DNA of 64,000 nt, taken from NCBI GenBank assembly GCA_026414605.1, contig JAOAIP010000019.1, forward strand, positions 5,242-69,241, given 5' to 3'. Every line of letters starts with the position of its first letter. Within the stretch, counting starts at the first letter, position 1. This DNA comes from Bacteroidia bacterium (GTDB lineage: Bacteria > Bacteroidota > Bacteroidia > B-17B0 > Aurantibacillaceae). This document shows positions 61,503 through 64,000 of the stretch, piece after piece. The notes under the pieces are model-generated. The model was not told where the DNA came from. It saw only the letters and a program-made list of their open reading frames with translations, and searched no databases. Position numbers and translations under genes: made by a program.

Positions 61503-62084
61503 TTATTTAGTGTTTTCCCAATCTAAATCAGTGTAATTTCTACGCTTGTTTTCTTTTCTATATTTTTCAATAATTGCATCTATTTTTTCAAAGGTAAGAT
61601 TTTCGTGATAGGATGCACCGCATTGCATCATTGGAGCAGTGCCACAAGATCCCAAGCACTCTACAGTTTTTAATGTAAACATACCGTCGGGGGTGGTTTC
61701 ACCTTCTTTTATACCTAATTTTTTTTCAATATAAGCAACAATTTCATTAGCACCATTGAGCCAACAAGAGGAAGTTCTACATACTTCTAAAACACATTTT
61801 CCAACAGGTTTTAGATTAAACATAGTGTAAAAACTCGCTACTTCAAAAACTTCAATAGGGGAGATGTTTAATAACTCGGCTACATAATCCATTACTTCGG
61901 GACTGAGCCAACCATCGTTTTCTGCTTGTGCAATGTGTAATACAGGAATTAAAGCGGATTTTTGTTTTCCTTCGGGGTATCTTTTTTTGATGTTTTCAAT
62001 AGTTTGCAAAGCATCGTCACTAAATTTAATTTGTTTTCTTTTTTCTTTATCAAAAGGCAAAACCCCGTGTATTTGTGCAGACAT
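61503..62084 (-). CDS. nuoE: NADH-quinone oxidoreductase subunit E
   Basis: SALIP.LH.AQ, VASFY, CRTSSC, ECLGSC..AP. Confidence 0.96.
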   Translation of the reverse strand: MSAQIHGVLPFDKEKRKQIKFSDDALQTIENIKKRYPEGKQKSALIPVLHIAQAENDGWLSPEVMDYVAELLNISPIEVFEVASFYTMFNLKPVGKCVLEVCRTSSCWLNGANEIVAYIEKKLGIKEGETTPDGMFTLKTVECLGSCGTAPMMQCGASYHENLTFEKIDAIIEKYRKENKRRNYTDLDWENTK

Positions 62085-62369
62085 AAATCAGATTTGCTGC
62101 AAAAATACTAAATAATCTAATTTCCAAAGAACATTTTATGCTGTACTTTTTGTAGAGTAATATTGTTTATGCTGAATGAAATAAATGAAGGTAAATGGAT
62201 GGAAAAGAGAAATTAGTGTATACAGAACACTTAAAAATAATTCATTTGACCTACTTATTTATAAACAAATTAAAACTTCGTTAATAAAACATTAATTTCT
62301 TTAAAATTGTTGATTTTTTCAAATTAAATTCTTTATCTTTGCAGCCCTTAAATTAAAAAACAAAACAAT

Positions 62370-63326
62370 ATGAAAAAACTATTACTCATTATTCCTGTGT
62401 TAGGAATTATCAATGGCACAAATGCTCAAACGAGCTCTTTCACACTTACTTACAATTTTGCTCAAGTAAGTAGTACAACTACACCTTGTACGGGCACATT
62501 AGACCCAACACCAACGCCTACTGCTGTTGGACTAACAAGTGGATCATTTGTTGCAGTGGGTACCAACTCTTGTCCATCAACAACGGGTTATTTTAGTTTT
62601 AGTGGATGGGGATTGGGGGCTACAAATGGCGATGATGTTAATTTTACAGGCATTTTAGATCCTTCAAAATACTATGAAATAACTATAACACCACAAACTA
62701 ATTACGAACTCAGTTTTGATTCTATCACTTTTAAGTCACTCAGATCAAGTACAGGTCCTCGTTTTTGGGCAGTGCGTCACAGTGTTAATGGGTTTGCTTC
62801 TAACATTCCTGCTGTTAGCACCAATTCTAATGTGACAGTGATTAGTTCTGGTTCTGATGCTAATGCTTTCAAATGGGCTACGGATACTTATACATCAAGT
62901 ACTGTTTTATGTTGTTTTAATGTTTATCCATCTTTGACTCAAATTACTGCACCTGTAAGTTTTAGATGGTTTGCTTGGAATGCTGAAAGTACTAATGGTA
63001 CTTACAGAATAGACGATGTTAATATCTATGGTTCTGCTACTCTTGCTACTGGCGTTGTAAAAATCACTCATAATATCAACTCGCATTTTATTCTTTCTCC
63101 TAATCCCACGAATGGTGGCATTGTGTATCTCATTCCTCAAAACATTAAAGAAATATCTTTTGTAGAAATAGTAGATGCTCTTGGAAGCACTATTTATAGA
63201 AATAATAAAATTGATAATAGCAATAAAATTAGCATTAACTTAGATAATTTCCCTGCAGGTGTGTATTTTGTGAGATTAGGAACACCGCAAAATTTTTATT
63301 TAGAAAAATTAGTAATCAACAAATAA
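62370..63326 (+). CDS. Secreted Ser/Thr-rich beta protein with T9SS type A CTD
   Basis: Signal peptide; PNPTNG...GVYFVRL....EKLVINK. Confidence 0.88.
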   Translation: MKKLLLIIPVLGIINGTNAQTSSFTLTYNFAQVSSTTTPCTGTLDPTPTPTAVGLTSGSFVAVGTNSCPSTTGYFSFSGWGLGATNGDDVNFTGILDPSKYYEITITPQTNYELSFDSITFKSLRSSTGPRFWAVRHSVNGFASNIPAVSTNSNVTVISSGSDANAFKWATDTYTSSTVLCCFNVYPSLTQITAPVSFRWFAWNAESTNGTYRIDDVNIYGSATLATGVVKITHNINSHFILSPNPTNGGIVYLIPQNIKEISFVEIVDALGSTIYRNNKIDNSNKISINLDNFPAGVYFVRLGTPQNFYLEKLVINK

Positions 63327-63346
63327 AATTTTTAGTTTAATTTAAT

Positions 63347-63380
63347 AAAAGGGCTCTTGATAATCACAAGAGCCCTTTTT
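63347..63380 (+). terminator. Intrinsic terminator
   Basis: AAAAGGGCTCTTG-ATAATCA-CAAGAGCCCTTTTT. Confidence 0.85.
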
Positions 63381-63393
63381 ATTTTTGTGCCTT

Positions 63394-64000
63394 ATGAATA
63401 AAAACATTTACATTGTTGCTACGCTTTTAGCCCTTGCCATTATTGCTTTAATGAGTATTCAAATATATTCTATTCATGAAGATTTTAAAATTAAAGAAGA
63501 AAAGTTCTCACATCAAGTTCAAGAGGCATTAATTAATATTACTAAAAAGTCAAACAAATTTATTGAAGGAAACTTTGTTGTCAAAAAAATTAATTACAGA
63601 TCACAAGGAGTTACAGTTCAAAATAAGAATCAGCAAACAGAAGATTATCGCATTCGCTTGTTTGAAGAATTAAGTACTGACTCTAATGGCTATATTTCAT
63701 CCAAATACATTCATAAAGAAATTCCCCTGGATTCTTTTCATATTAAGAAAGCATTGTTTAAGTCCAATTTACCTGTTAGTTTAAATTCTACGATAGTTCC
63801 TAAAAGCAAACAAGAAGTAAAAAACATTCATCCAGAAATGATAAAAAGCAGCAATGAAATTGTCAATGATGTTTTTGATGAGTCCATTAGCATAAATATC
63901 TACAATAATTTTTCCCCAAAAATTGATACGGTTAAATTAGATTCTTTATTAAAATTAGAATTGCAGCAAGTAGGAATAAACGCCCGTTATTGCTATGATT
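63394..64000 (+). CDS. Membrane protein, probably a sensor histidine kinase N-terminus; truncated by the window edge
   Basis: MNKNIYIVATLLALAIIALMSIQIY...EEKFSHQVQEAL, open to the end. It resembles Bacteroidota kinase sensor N-termini, but no kinase motifs lie inside the window. Confidence 0.6.
   Translation, partial: MNKNIYIVATLLALAIIALMSIQIYSIHEDFKIKEEKFSHQVQEALINITKKSNKFIEGNFVVKKINYRSQGVTVQNKNQQTEDYRIRLFEELSTDSNGYISSKYIHKEIPLDSFHIKKALFKSNLPVSLNSTIVPKSKQEVKNIHPEMIKSSNEIVNDVFDESISINIYNNFSPKIDTVKLDSLLKLELQQVGINARYCYD

Overview
AT-rich (roughly 30% GC by eye) chromosomal segment of a Bacteroidota bacterium, judged from TAnnTTTG promoters, T9SS components and cargo, and a Bacteroidota-type tmRNA tag. 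It is mostly housekeeping: rbfA, ssrA, recN, murI, HU, pyrG, rimM, clpS, queD, plsY, mqnA, rimO, nuoEF. It also holds a two-component/PepSY/RND efflux module, three tandem PorE-like paralogs and several envelope enzymes. I found no CRISPR array, prophage or transposase. The strongest candidates for undescribed biology are: (1) an operon with a transaldolase-family domain that has altered active-site residues and is fused to KdsD-like CBS domains, followed by a KdsC-like phosphatase and an HddA kinase; (2) a coupled nucleoside-phosphorylase-like / spore-photoproduct-lyase-like radical SAM / SDR trio behind mqnA in a non-sporulating phylum; (3) three kinds of non-autonomous structured DNA element, namely a MITE carrying a covarying GAA-triloop REP doublet, a GC-rich GCGAAGC multibranch element, and nested heptamer/nonamer inverted arrays; (4) a DnaA-box cluster before recN that may be a dnaA-unlinked oriC. 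All protein calls come from motif recognition by eye; no searches were run.
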